Shown piece by piece: positions 28,058 through 44,417 of a stretch of 64,000 bases of DNA. The notes under the pieces were generated by a model. That model did no database searches. It was not told the DNA's origin and saw only the letters and a list, made by a program, of their open reading frames with translations. The number at the start of each line of letters is the position of its first letter. Position 1 is the stretch's first letter. The translations under genes were made by a program, and so were the position numbers. This DNA comes from Eledone cirrhosa (lineage: Eukaryota): assembly GCA_964016885.1 (NCBI GenBank), contig OZ024740.1, forward strand, positions 109,120,001 to 109,184,000, written 5' to 3'.

Positions 28058-30934
28058 CTATCCATCTAGCCAAACAACTACAAAATTAACCACCCAACCA
28101 GTTGGTCAACCAATTAGTCAACAAGCTATTTGTCGCACGAACGACACGGTTTCAAAGCCACCTAAAGCCGCTACCAACAACACAGGAAACATTTCCACTC
28201 AGCCAACCGCTTCCGTCTCAGGCGCGACAAATATTCTTGAAAAGATATGTCTCAGAAAGGAAGAGGTCAGGGAGGCAAAGCTGTGGTGGAAAGCATACTT
28301 CGTTGTTTGGTGACATACCATACACCTGGAGCAAAGTCCCGTTGAGCGTAGCGGGTTACCAAAACTTCAGTTCAAAAAGCCTTGTGATACTTGTGGGGAC
28401 GCAAAAAAATTGGGACAGTTGAAGTTTTGTTTGCGCAGGAGGTCAGATCACATTCCCCTAGAATGTGTGAGGAGTGACTCGAACCTTGAAATTGGGAAAT
28501 TGTATGGAAGCCCGTCGTATGGACTGTATCTGTAATTCAAAGGATCAGCTTTGTCAAACACTGTGTCACGCTGATTGCCCCTGAGATTTACATTATGGGT
28601 ACATGTATCTTGTGAAATGTTCAGTCACTTACGTTATACAAGATGAATCCATCTTGTATAACGTACCTAGACTTTAGTTTATGTTTCGTGTGAGCAGAAA
28701 TATTACACGAGTGAGACATTGGTCACAGAAGGTGGATCGGCATTAGAGGGTCGGACGCCTTGCTTTACAGCAAAGAGTTATGACCCCTTATGGTCTGAGT
28801 TCAAATCCCGCCGAGGTTAACTTTGCTTTTCATCCTTACGGAGGTCGATAAAATAAAGTACCAGTAATGCGCTGGGATAATTGCTGGCCTTGTGCCCAAA
28901 GTAGAAACAATTATAGTTATCTGCATTGAAACCAATATATGGAGACAACAGACAATGAGTAATATTACATGAGTGAGATATCAGCGAATTGACAGAGTCG
29001 TTAGAACGTCGGATAGAATGCTTTATGGTATTTGTTCCGGCTCTCTGCCGCCGAGGTCAACTTAGCTTTTCATCCTTTCGTGGTCGATAAAAAAAAGTGC
29101 CAGTTTAGTACTGGGGTCGATTCTTCCTCTATATCTATTTCTCATTTCCTCTCTCTCACTTTCTATCTTTCTTTGGAAGAAATCTGCTATACTCTGGCCT
29201 GGAGAGGGATGGGCTCCGCCCGGCTTAAAAGTGCCCAAGAAACGCCGTATGTCAATACGGCACCCCTACGACTCTATCAGGAATTACGGGACCAAACATT
29301 CATGAGTGAGACATTGGTCTCAGAAATGGAGACGGCATAAAATGAGAAACTTTACTGAAAAAATAGAAAAATAGAAAAGAAAATAATTGTTTCTACTTTT
29401 GACACAAGGCCAGCAATTAATCCAGTGCATTACTGGTACTTTATTTTGTCGACCCCGTAAGGATGAAAGGCAAAGTTAACCTAGGCGGGATTTGAACTCA
29501 GAATGGCAAGGGCCATAACTCTATGCATCAAAGCATGGCGTCCAACCCTCTACCGATACTGCCAATTCACCGCCCTAATATAGAAAATAAAATAATTGTT
29601 TCTACTTTAGGCACAAGGCCAGCAATTACCCAGTGCATTACTGGTACTTTATTTTATCGACCCCGTAAGGATGAAAGGCAAAGTCAACCTCGGTGGGATT
29701 TGAACTCAGATCGTAAAGGGATGTAACTATGCTGGAAAGCATGGCGTCCGACCCTCTACCGATACTGCCAATCCACCGCCCTCAAAGAAAATAATGATTA
29801 TCAATTACCCCAGCTCTCCAGTATTCTTCCTTGAGCTTAATGATTACACACACACACACATATATACACTCACATATATATATGCACTGCACACACACTT
29901 ACATAATACACATACATATATGCACACGCACGCACATAATATATACACGCCCACAGATACACACATATGCATATATATGCACATGCGCGCGCACACACAC
30001 ACACACACACACACAAACACAGTCTTTTCTTGTCATTAATCATTCATATTAATCAGCTGTTCTTAATTATTGCCAATCTTCAATTCTAATTTCTGCTAAG
30101 TTGGCTCTGTTTAAATAATTTGACCTCATCTCGGTTTTTTTTCTCTTAAGTAATTATAGTTTCTTATATGGACAGAAAAACCCCAGATTTTCAGGAAAAT
30201 ACATTTGCGCCCCAGTATTGTCGGGGATTACCTTCCTAGAGCAGCCTCGAAGAGTGAAAAACCGCGAATATTGGACGTGTTCAATAAAAATAACGTAAAA
30301 TTGTTATGCAATATTTAAATACCTTTTAGCATCTTTTATTTTAAGGAAAATGGGCATTACGATAGATGCCAATAGATGCCTTATGAATAGATTTGAGCAC
30401 AGTACAGACCGAGGCGAAGGCTGGGAGGCCACAAGTAGAGACATATGCGGGAAAACCCACTGAAAATTAAACTCCCGTTTAAACCTTTTTTTTTTCTTCC
30501 ATGCAAAAACTGTGACTGTTCCCCCGTTCAATGTATTGATATCGGTTTTTTATGGAGTGAGAAAAATCTACTTATGAGGCAAATGCATGGACGTATTTTA
30601 TTTAAATGCCATAAAAAATGTAATATGTTTATAAGTGGAAACTTACACCGATTAAGGTACGAGGGGAAGAAACCCACTGAAAATAAAAAAAATTTAATTC
30701 CAGTTTAAATACTTTTTCCAAACAAAAGCTTAGACTTTTTTTCCTCGTTCACCGTTTTTGTTTGTTTCTTTTTTTTTTTGATATGTGAAAAATCTAATTA
30801 CGTGGTAGGTGCATGGACTGTTACACTCTACTAATTTACAGCCGATAGTTACTTTGTACTTCATTACGAGGCAGTTGGATAGATGTTATGCTTTACTAAT
30901 TTACAATCAGGATAATTACTATTTCGTTACTATA

Positions 30935-31113
30935 CGAGGGTCGGCTGAAAAGTCCATAGGTTGACCAAGATATTCTAATGGAATGACCAAATGAGGTTTA
31001 TTTTTTAACATAGTCCCTGGAAAGAAACAATGCAGTTATTAATGCATACAAGATTTCACAGCACTAACATCACTCCCTTATAGCCAGCCTATGAACTTTT
31101 CAGCCGACCCTCG
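30935..31113. mobile_element. Mariner-type MITE (other copies at ~35758-35948 and ~56488-56670)
   Basis: TIRs CGAGGGTCGGCTGAAAAGT / ACTTTTCAGCCGACCCTCG, TA at the left end, shared internal sequence among the copies. Confidence 0.85.
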
Positions 31114-31130
31114 TCGTCCGGGGGTATTGT

Positions 31131-31909
31131 TGTCGCATGTAATACATCGAAAGTGACCTATCTCGGTTTCTTTTCTCCTGTTTGTTTCAAGTATTAATTG
31201 TTTCGTTTTGGCTGTTCATTACATATGCACAACTGTATCATCCTTAATCGAGCCTTTGTGCAAGATATGAAAGCGAGACTTCAGATATACAGTACGGACA
31301 GGAAACATTGATATTTCGTTATTGTTGAGTATCTATGTGTATCCAAGCAACATAGTAACTACTAGTAAACTAGTAGAATATAATAGCCTTATAGCGAGGA
31401 TACTGGGTTGTATGAATGTAACAAGGAATAGATGGTTTGGTGTATAATATTTAATTAACAATGGTAGATAGTATACTTGACATGTCAAAGATAGATGTTA
31501 GAATGAAACAAAGTTAGTAGTTACCGTTTTGATTGCCAGGCAAACGCGGCTGGCAGAGGACGCCTGGCTAAGGCCAGGCGCCTGTTGGCCAAATTAATGG
31601 CAGAGCCAAATGAGAGGCGCTTGACCTGGTGCCGAAAAGGCAAAGAGAGTTAGAAAGCTTAAAGTTGCTAGTTTTATAGGGCTCTGACCGGAAGTTGCAG
31701 AAAGGGTTCTACTTCCCGTCTAGATCCCAATCAAAACAAGGGAGACAACCGCTACAGCCTCGTCATGAAGAACAAAGTGGGTTTCATGAAAAATAGGCGA
31801 GAGCGGTTAGATTGACGAGGCTGATAGACGAGCCTACTCTAACTATGTTTTTTTCTAATCAGGAGAAAAGAAATCGAGTGAGGGCGCTTTCAATGCATTT
31901 GATGCGACA
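31131..31909 (-). mobile_element. Possible solo LTR
   Basis: Ends TGTCGCAT...ATGCGACA (TG..CA, 8-bp inverted). There is a minus-strand CTATAAAA near 31672. No clean TSD. Confidence 0.3.
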
Positions 31910-33230
31910 GTAATCCAAGTTTTTTTTTTGGAACTTTTTATTGTTTTATTTTGTATTGTTATTAGTCTTGGGTCCTTGTGGCCAATAAAATAAACAATTG
32001 TTAATATTGTTATCGTTATTTGTACTGTTCCTTTTTGTTGATTTTCTTTTTCTATTTACTCACTATAAACCCCACGTTGCCTGGGTGTCCGTCTTTGTAT
32101 TGTCTACATATTGCGCCCCTATGGTCAATAAAAGAAATTACTATTATTGCTACATGAGGCGGTGGATTGGCAGTACCGGTAGAGGGTCGGACGCCATGGT
32201 TTGCAGCAAAGAGTTTCGGCCCTTTATGGTCTGAGTTCAAATCCCACCGAGGTTAACTTTGCCTTTCATCCTTACGGGGTATTTAAAATAAAGTACCAGT
32301 AATACACTGAGATAATTGCTGGCCTTGTGCCAAAAGTAGAAACAATTATTATTGCTACATGAGGGCGACGTCTTCTCCCTCTTTCTCTAACACACACACA
32401 CACACACACTCTCTAAACAATTGACGTTCTTTTTCTCTATTTAAGTACATCTCTTTCGCTTGGCGCCCCCCTCTCTCTATAGAGCGACTTCATAACCTTC
32501 TGTTTATCTACCTCTTCCTGTCACCTCCAAAACACAATACGTTCCCTTTTCTCTCTTTATCCATGTACATATCTCTCGCTTAACGCTTCCCTTCTCTCTA
32601 TATGTATAGATGAGGGCGGTGTCATAACCTTCTGTTTATCTACCTCTTCCTGTCACCTCCAAAACACAATACGTTCCCTTTTCTCTCTTTATCCATGTAT
32701 ATATCTCTCGCTTAACGCTTCCCTTCTCTCTCTATATATATAGATGAGGGCGGTGTCATAACTTTCTGTTTATCTATTTACGTTCTAAGTTCAAATCCCA
32801 CCGACGTTATCTTTGCCTTTCGTCCTTACGGGGTCCACAAAATAAAGTACCAGTAACGTACTGGTGTCGATTTAATCCACTTTCCCTTCCCCCCTAATTG
32901 TTGGCTTTGTGCCTATATAAGAAACCATTATTATTTTACAGACAGAGGGTGGTGGATTGGCAATATCGGTAGAGCGTTGTAAAACATGCTTTGTGGCATA
33001 GAGTTACGGCCATTTACGTTCTGAGTTTAAATCCCGCCGAAGTTATCTTCGCTATTCATCCTTAGAGAGTCGATAAAATAAAGTAACAGTAATTCACTGG
33101 GATCGATTTAATCGATTTTCTCCTCCCTCTCAAATTGGTGGCCTTGTGCCAAATGTAGAAACAATGGCCCTGGCTTCTTTGATATAAATTATGCATTAAA
33201 CACATACACGCGCACACACAGAGAGAGAGA

Positions 33231-33298
<68 letters not shown>

Positions 33299-33428
33299 GT
33301 GTGTATTAAATAGACAACGGTGGTAGAGTTTGTTTCATATCAAAGCAAGCTGTGGTTAATTTGGTCTCTTTCAGAAGTTTCTCCTCCTCAAAGAAACTGT
33401 TTTCTAAATGCTTTTTCTCTCTCTCTCA

Positions 33429-33463
<35 letters not shown>

Positions 33464-33543
33464 TGTCTCTCTCATGAAGACTCACTCACACACATACACA
33501 AACACTCTCTCTTCATCCCACCCACCCCACCCACCGACACGCG

Positions 33544-33611
<68 letters not shown>

Positions 33612-36600
33612 CTCTCTCTCCATGAAAAGACAGAAAAGGCCATACTTTACAATTATCTCTCAGCAGCAGATGGTGTTAGAATTACTCAAACATGACAGAT
33701 GGCAATTAGGAGACATGCAAATCCTCACAGGAATAAACTAAAAGGGAAGGGCTTGTAGAAATAACAATAATCCTGAGATCGAATTTCATTTTACAGTTTT
33801 TATTGATATGTTATTGATTTTGTGATGAAGTGTAAGATTAACCCAATCACGAAACGCAAAGATTTACAAGGCTGTAGATCGAAGATACCAAAACGTTTTG
33901 GACCATCGACCCTTTCATGAAATCCCTGACTCTTCATTAAATACAAAAATAAATAAATCAGTAAACAAAATATGATATATAATAAATAAACTATAAATAC
34001 TATTTAAATATAAATCAAAAACCTGTATTAAAAAAGTTGTATTTCAGACCTGTCAACTTTCCCCGTCCCACGGGAAGATCTCGACCAGAGATGTCTTCTC
34101 TTGTGAAAATGGATATAGCTTTCATTATGTAAAAACTCCCTATTTTACCTCATATCTCCCCGTTGTGGGGCACTTTCTTTCATGGTACTCCCCATTTGAA
34201 TTTTTAGAGTTTGGCAGTCTGGTATTTTATTTTATTATTTTTGGCAGAGCCAGTAGTTACGGCCCTTTACGTTCAAATCCCGCCGAGGTTAACTTTGCCT
34301 TCCATCTTTACGGGGTCGATAAAATAGTACCAGTAATGAACTGAGGTCGATTTAATCGATTTTCCCCTTCCTTTCAAATTGCTGGCCTTTTGCCAAAAAG
34401 TAGAAATAATTATTTTATGTATTTTCATTTCTTTCTTATATAAACATCAATTTTGGCCCAAGTTTAGTCGACTCCTTCCCCTCTGGATAATGCCACCAAT
34501 ACATGGGGGTCAGTATCGACCATTTTATGGACCCCTGTTGCAGGATAACTCAAGTTTTTTAATGGCTTGCCATTCGTCAGAGCGTCAGATTAAGGGCCTC
34601 GGTATTTGTTCCGACTTTAAGCGTTTGGAGTTCAAATCTCGCCGATATCAAGTTTTCCTTTCATCCTTTCAGTATCGTTAAATAAAATACCAGCCAAGCG
34701 GGGAACGGATTGACAGACGAGAATGTTTTGTGGTTTCAGTTTCGGCTCTGTGAGTTCTGAGTTCAAATCTTACCTCATGTCATTTGATAAGTGATAATGC
34801 TTCTCCCGGAAGATGCGACCTGTTAATTGTATCAGCAATTGAAAGACAATAGAGACAGTTTCCATGATCAAATCTGACGATCGACTCGTTTCTTTTCCCC
34901 CACTAATTAAAAATTGATTTGGCAACGAAAGGTTCGATTAATTGTAATGAAACAGAAATTCACAAAGGTGTAGATTAACTCATGTTAAAAAGAAAATGTT
35001 ATTCTAATGACTTGGCAGGAAGGAGGGCAGTGCCCATAGACTCCTTTCAACGATTCTGACACTGGAGAGATAAAGTTATTCTTAAACCGGAGACCTGCTC
35101 TAAATGTTTCTAACAGCGTGGACTTCACTAAAAACACTCTACGAGTAAGAAAGTATTGTTAAACCAGACGACAGATCACACCAGCTATCAAAAAAAGAAA
35201 AGGCCCTTCTGATGTGCTTCCACACAGTTTTTATCTAATGAATTTCCCTCAAGGCGTTGGTCGACAAGAGGTTACGGGAGAAAACAGTTTCTCAAAATGC
35301 TGCGATGCAACGGCATAGATGCAAAGTGAACGTTTTAACCGCATATAAACACCAAGCTCCAAATGAAAGAAGAATCCAGGCAAAAAAGTCACAAAAATGG
35401 TCATATGAAAAAAAAATGTCGTATTTCATTTAAGTACCATAAAAATGTAATTTATTTGAAACAGTAGGGACTTATATCAATATAAGAAGAAAAACAAAAA
35501 TACTGAAAAATTCGGTTTAAATCTTAGTTATTTTCTTTCCTCGTCAAAAGTGTGACTTGTTTTTCTGTGATTTTTTTCCTATGATTATATTTTCATTCAC
35601 CTAGTCCTTACTCCAAATGAAAGACACATATGTAGGTTTTGCTAACACACTGTTGATAACTCCCCCCCCCCCCCCCCCCTCCAGGAAAGCCAAACATTTA
35701 CTGTTAGATGAATGAAGGCAAATGCAGAAGTGTCTTGCTAGGAGAGAAAATAAAATATGAGGGCCGGCTGAAAAATTCCTAGTCTGAAAAGTTCATACAC
35801 TGACCAAGATACTCTCATGGAATGATTAAATGAGGTTTAATCTTCAGCAGTTATTAATGAAAAGAGTTGAAATCAATACATGCAAGATTTCACAGCACTA
35901 ACATCACACATTCATAGTCAGCCTATGATCTTTTTAGTCGACCTTCGTACATGAAGCGAATTTCACCACACGAATCAGAAACTGGCAATCTAATAGAATC
36001 GAATCTCTTGGTTGCTCGCTCAACAATAATTTTAGTTAACACCCTAATTGTTTTCCCCCATCACCATATTTATCCCCCATTTGGTTATTTCTAATGTATC
36101 AATGTTTAATTATTAAGCACACTCCCCCATTAAAAAAAATATTTTTATACATTTGGTTATTTTAATTTACGAAGGAACTTTGAAGAAATTTCAAATTTTT
36201 AAAAATTTCATTTTTCGTATTAAATTTTAATACGGTTATCGATAATAAATTTAGCTTTACTAGCTTTTATGAAACGTTTTTTTAAAACTGATATGCTGTA
36301 ACAGAATTGTTCTGTTGAAGTGGTATTGTTAAACTGATAATGGTACTGGAGAATTATGGAGAGAGTTTCTAGCATAAAACAAAAGATTGTTCGTACAGGA
36401 AGACTTATGAAATACTTCAGATTAAATTTCTAACTGAAAATAAATGTCTGCGCGAGGTTTCAATAGATAGATGCGGTGAGTAGTGAAGGGAAAGATGAAG
36501 CCTAATATCTCAGAGATTCCAAACAGATATACATGTTGTTCTGCTGTTTTAGATTAACAACGTCTACTGACACGGAGAAAAAATATTTACATTAAAAGAC

Positions 36601-37255
36601 AAAAAATATTTTCTCATAAAAATGACAGCATTTACGTAACATTTAAGCTTTTTAGTATTTTTTCTTTTTCCTTAAGAAATTTTGAGAAAATTGAAAGAAA
36701 GAAATCTGAGTCAAGAGAAAAAAAGGTTTCCATCAGAATTACTCGTAGAATCCATAGCAGGGGTGAATGCTAAGACTACAGTGTAGGAAAACAGTGCAGA
36801 AATCATTTTATACGCATTCTTTATATTAATGGCGGGTATGTATGGTAGGTGCTTCCATTAAGTCCAACTAGGTATCCACCTAGGGCACAGACACCAGAGC
36901 GGCGATTTACTGAACCTTAAAGAATAACAGTTTTATACAAATATGAAGCATATATCAATTAATTGATGGCTGAGAGCTTCAGAAGGCCGGTACAATGCAG
37001 TAGAAATATATAAAGGGCAGAGAATGACAAATAAAACAAAACAAAGTATTGTTTTTTACTCATCGTTTTTACATTGCATTTGAAAAGAGGGTCCTAACCC
37101 TGAAATACATGTTAAATTATTTTGTTTTATTTGTCAGAATGGTTATATAGAGAGGTGTGAACCCGACCGCCACGCCAAGCGGTTTCGGGTTGTGTGTTCA
37201 GCAAGACTTTTCAAGGATGTCCTAGAGTTAATAATATTTTCACTCTTTATCTCTC

Positions 37256-37291
<36 letters not shown>

Positions 37292-37296
37292 TCTCC

Positions 37297-37364
<68 letters not shown>

Positions 37365-37396
37365 CTCTCTCTCTCTCTTTATGTATATATATACAC

Positions 37397-37440
<44 letters not shown>

Positions 37441-37674
37441 CATAAATCATGTCCTTAGAATCATTAGATTAAATATATATACTATTTCCTCTCCCAATTA
37501 GCATAATTAACCATATAAAAAATCAATTAGACCAGGTTATAAGAATAAGGCTCCTATGAAGAAATATTTGCTAAATAACCAAAAGCAGCCTCTTCGCGGT
37601 TGACCACAATAGAGTATTTACCCAACATTTCAACAGCATGTAGAAACTGACCAAATATACCGTCAACCATACAC

Positions 37675-37737
<63 letters not shown>

Positions 37738-38449
37738 TAAGTTATTCCGGGTTGAATCGGAGGTAACTACAGTAAGTAAGGTACTCAATACATAGCAGAG
37801 TATAAAAGTTTTAATATAGATGAGATTCTACAGGACTAGAACTGTTTCATTCTTTAGAAATCATCAGGAATCTGGCTTTCCAAAAATAAATGTTGTGGTA
37901 TTTATATCTTTTCTGGTGGTAGGAGAGGGTGGGGAGTGGGATGGGTGGAGGTCATTGGTTGAAAGAAAAGGGAATTCATTAAAAGTTAATTCTTTAAGGC
38001 TATAATTTATATTTAGAGTGACAAAAGCAGAAAGAATTCTATAAACAAGTTCAGAATGGGGTGCCACTCCTTATTTTTAAGTTTCTCTTAAGCTAACAAT
38101 GCCTATATTTCAGGTGTCTATAAGATGGTTGGAGGTTGGGCATGGTTGATGGATTTAAAGAAAAGGGAAATTCTTTAAAAGCTAATTCTTTAAAGCTCTA
38201 CTTAGAGTGACAAAGGCCAAATATATACGGGATAACAAGTTATCGTAATAGGTAATCCACTTAGATGTAGTCCAGTTAGGGTACTCCGTGTTGTGGATAG
38301 TATTAACGTATGGCTTAGTTTGACTCAACAAGACGTTTCCATAGTGATGCCGCAAGTTCACGGTGATTTCTATGAAAATCGAAGAAACAATTGTCAGCAA
38401 TGTAAATAAAGCCCGTATTGTATGGCCAACATGTCACTTTTCTATCTTG

Positions 38450-38512
<63 letters not shown>

Positions 38513-38516
<4 letters not shown>

Positions 38517-39043
38517 TTAGAATTGGTGCTCTGAAATAGCCATATATATATGAATGTATATATGAATGTATATATAGTGTATTTTGCAATACACTTTATG
38601 CTTAATTAAAAGCACTTTGAAGACCGTATGCTATTGTTTTAGAGCAGTGACAGACTCACTTACTTTAATTTCAGCAAACAGGAGTAGATAAAGCTGACAA
38701 GGTTTCCTTGTTTCTGCATTTATTGATGCTTATCAAAGCTAACTACTCCTCCCGTCTGCTGAAATCACGGATGTTATGTTCTTATAGAATTCTAGTAAAT
38801 AATCAGGAGCTGATTATACAGAGCGGTTGCCGGTCAAGCAGAAATTAAAAATTAGAATTGGTGCTCTGAAATAGCCATATATATATGAATGTATATATAG
38901 TGTATTTTGCAATACACTTTATGCTTAATTAAAAGCATTTAATTCAAAATGCTTTTAATTAAGCATAAAGTGTATTGCAAAATACACTTTATATACATTC
39001 ATATATATATGGCTATTTCAGAGCACCAATTCTAATTTTTAAT
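38513..39043 (-). mobile_element. ~335-bp unit as a partial tandem plus inverted end, carrying a long-stem HHR
   Basis: Direct repeat at 38513-38610 and 38845-38940, with an inverted copy at 38946-39043. Confidence 0.8.
38668..38765 (-). ncRNA. Full-length type I hammerhead with U3:A8 core and an extended, bulged stem I
   Basis: Minus strand: ATTTCAGCAGAC-GGG-AGGAGTAG-TT-AGCT-TTGATAA-GCAT(CAATAA)ATGC-A-GAAA-CAAGG(AAA)CCTTG-TC-AGCT-TTAT-CTACTCCT-GTTTGCTGAAAT. Confidence 0.75.
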
Positions 39044-39044
39044 T

Positions 39045-40060
<1,016 letters not shown>

Positions 40061-40310
40061 CGTCAGACACCATGCTTTGCAGCATAGAGTTATGGCTCTT
40101 TATGCTCTGAGTTCCAATCCTGCCGAGGTTAACGTTGCCATTCATCCTTACGGGGTTGATAGAATAAAGCATCAGTAATGCAGTGGGGTAAATACAATTG
40201 AATTATGTGTGTAGGTCATTTTATTTTTGGGAAAAGCTATGCATTCTAATAAATATTGCCTGTAAAGGTAATCAAAGTGTGTATACATTTTTTGTTGGGG
40301 GGTGGGCATC

Positions 40311-40350
<40 letters not shown>

Positions 40351-40939
40351 TGCCAGCAAGCAACAAGCTATTTCTTCTTCTTCTTCTTGCCGTCGTTGTA
40401 TCTCCTCTTTTCCTCTTACCCCTACCTCCTCATCTACTGCTACCCCTCCCTCATATCTGCTAATATATTCTCATCCATCCTTCATTTGCCATCTCTTCTC
40501 CTATCCTCGCTTTCACTAATCGATACAACAGAGGAAAAACGGAAACTATAGGATTCGACTTTCTCAGAAAACGTTAAACATTTCAGAAAAAACATGGAAT
40601 AAAAGAAAAAAAAAATAATAGAATTATAAATAAGAAAGACAGAAAATAAGGGGGAGGGAGCGTTGAAACTTCATTTCATGGTGATAAATGAATTATGACT
40701 GCTTGGATATTGATTTATTTCGATTGAGAAGGGGGTATAAAAGGATTCAATCGATCCCTGAAAGATGAAAGGGAAATTGGGAAATTCACTCTGGCGGCAT
40801 TTGAAACCAGAAACAAGATTTGAAATATTATTTCTACCAACTTCATACTTCATTGTATGTAACAACTATGTCGTTGGATTGGCAGAATAGTTAGAGTGTC
40901 GGATGCAGTATTTTGCAGTCTAAGGACAGTTCCTTGGTT

Positions 40940-41215
40940 GATTACAAATTAATTTCCAGTGAACAACTGATGAAAAGACAAACATCATACGAAATGACTA
41001 TAAACACTTCAACATATATGAGTATGTCCGTGAAACATATACACATATACAAGGTCCGAACACAAAAGAATCAAACTCCCACAGTCACTGGCTCCGTCTC
41101 TACCGCTCTTCCCATCTCTCACTATTATGAGCAAATGGGGGCCCACGCGCTGGCCGACAGAATGGAGAAGGCGTTTCCCAGGAGGATGGTGAGGGAGACG
41201 CGTTGGAAGAGCCAT
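40940..41215 (-). mobile_element. 3' fragment of a CRE-like (RLE-type) non-LTR element interrupting a SINE
   Basis: The minus strand reads FQRVSLTILLGNAFSILSASAWAPICS*, similar to the FQRxSxxxQRGNA C-terminal motif (from memory). SINE halves lie at ~40875-40925 and ~41245-41408. Confidence 0.5.
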
Positions 41216-41409
41216 TCCAGGATATTGTCTTCTAGTTCTTTACTGGCGGCTCTTCACGTTCTCAGTTGAAATTGTGCCGAGGTTAACATTACTTTTCATT
41301 ACTCTTTTCCGTGGGGGGAGGTCGATAATGTACCAGTCATGTATTGGGGTCGATTTAATTAACTTATCCTCCCCTCAAATTCCTGGCATTATACCATAAT
41401 TAGAAACTA

Positions 41410-41603
41410 CAGGGTGACCACAAAAACACACTAGCTACTTTGTTGTGGAGTGAACGCCATCTTGAATTACACTGCCATCTAGCAGATCGAGTCAATTCTG
41501 CAAATGAGGAAAGAAATGTTGTTAGTTTATGCAATATTGTAAGACTATTCATTTAAGTTTTGATATTATATGTATTTGAAGGAGTGTTTTTGTGGTCACC
41601 CTG
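41410..41603. mobile_element. Tc1/mariner-type MITE
   Basis: TIRs CAGGGTGACCACAAAAA / TTTTTGTGGTCACCCTG with TA on both sides. Confidence 0.9.
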
Positions 41604-42218
41604 TACTGTATTGTATCTGACATAATGCACCACACACATTTCTCAAAGCAAAAAGATTCATACATATATCTTTGTTGGGATAAACAAGAAATAACAATAA
41701 TAATTCTTTCTATTCTAGGCACAAGACCTGCAATTTCTGGGAGGGGAAAATCGATTATGTCGACCCCGCAGTACTTGAGTGGTACTTTATTTTATCAACC
41801 ATGGAAGGATGAATAGCAAAGTTGATCTCGTCGGTAGTTGAAGCATTTTATTCGACGCTCCATTGCTTCTGCCAATCTACCACCCTTAAAACAAAAAACA
41901 ATTATAATAATTGTTTCTACATTTGGCACAAGGCCAGTAATTTGAAAGGAAAAGCAAAGTCGATTAAATCGACCCCAGTGTTTGGCTGGTACTTTATTTT
42001 ATCGAACCCGGAAAGATGACAAGCAAAGTTACTTCGTCAGGATTTGAACTCAGAATGTAATGCTGCTACGTATTTGTTCGAAGCTCTAATGACTTTGCCA
42101 ATCTACTGTCCTTAATGGTTTCGAATTTAGGCACAAGGATAGCAATTTAGGGGAAGTAGAAAGTCAATTATGAAGACCCCAGTATTTGACTGCTACTTTA
42201 TTTTGTAATACAATAAAC

Positions 42219-43055
<837 letters not shown>

Positions 43056-43144
43056 AAATAAATCTTTTGTGACATCAGTTCTGGAACTTTTCTGACACAC
43101 CTCCTATATATGTATATATATACATACATAAATATAGAAGTCAT

Positions 43145-44006
43145 AAAAGTCCCAGGAAGGATGTCACAAAAGATTTATTTCAAACCCAAACTTCACAGAA
43201 AGAGTTTTCTCCTTCAAAGTAATCCCCCTGGAGTATGTAACTGTAATCTTAGCTCTCTGCACCAATCAAACTTTTTTCTTCATAATTTTATATACATGTC
43301 CTCTGTTTCAGGTCGTCAAGCAATGAGCACAGAGCAACGAACAAACTTGAAGTTTCTGGTACGGTTGGGGAAAACTCCGTCAGAAGCACTGGCATTGCTG
43401 CAGCAAGTGTATGGAGATGAGACGATGTCACGCTCATGTGTTTTTGAGTGGTGCAAGATGACCCCAGGAGCGGAAGGCCCTCTACAACTAGGACTGAGGT
43501 CAACGTTGAGCGCGTCAGGCAGATGGTGCGTAGCGATCGTCGGCTGACTGTTCGACTGATGGCAAATGAGCTGGGCATGAATCGGGACAGCGTCTGGAAG
43601 ATTCTCACTGAAGATTTGGACATGCGGAAAGTCTGGTGCCAAAACTGCTGAACGATGATCAGAACGGTCGACGCATGCAAGTGTGCCAGGACATCCTTGA
43701 GCGTCTTGAAACCGAACCAGACTTGCTAGGGACAGTCATCACCGGTGATGAGTCATGGATCTTCGAGTACGACCCGGAGGCGACCCGTTTTGAAGACGTG
43801 GACAACATCAAAAAGGCCGTGACGACGGAAGTGCGGAGGATCCTGGAAGAATCCTTCCAGGAGTGCATACAAGCGTGGCAGAAAAGGATGGAAAAGTGCA
43901 TTAGACTCCAGGGGGATTACTTTGAAGGAGAAAACTCCTAGTGTGAAGTTTGGGTTTGAAATAATCTTTTGTAACATCAGTCCTGGAACTTTTCTAACAC
44001 ACCTCG
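43145..44006 (+). mobile_element. Internally deleted mariner transposon (transposase pseudogene at 43323-43941)
   Basis: EQRTNLKFLVRLGKT, DDPRSGRPST, ITGDESWIFEYDPE fused directly to RFEDVD...KCIRLQGDYFE, so most of the DD34D domain is missing. The right TIR ends CACCTCG|TA. Confidence 0.92.
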
Positions 44007-44298
44007 TATATATACACTCCCTGGGTATATATATATATATATATATATATACCCAGGGAGTGTAACATGAGGTTACTGTAGGTTCACCCATGTGAGCATT
44101 CGATATTTAGGTTCACGTCAGTAGTGAGGTGTAGAGCTAAACAGAGTGTAATATAATAATACAACGACGATTTGTTAAGCCTTCATTACGCTTATTGATT
44201 GGTGACGCGCGTTTCGCTATTGTTCAGCTCAGATCTGTATTGATCTGGCCCGACTGTAGAATCAAAAGCTCGTCGGTCCTCTGCTGTTGTAATGATAG

Positions 44299-44417
<119 letters not shown>

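Noticed and set aside
28790-28830. tRNA-like B box
   Set aside because: Part of a SINE head. No cloverleaf.
33664-33741. Short acceptor-to-stop frame QQMVLELLKHDRWQLGDMQILTGIN*
   Set aside because: Too short to distinguish from chance.
37835-37872. Minus-strand CTGATGA..GAAACAGTT
   Set aside because: No convincing stem I. Degenerate.
44198-44236. Minus-strand CTGA-GCT..AGC-GAAACGCGCGTC
   Set aside because: The core lacks three nucleotides and stem I is mismatched. A relic only.
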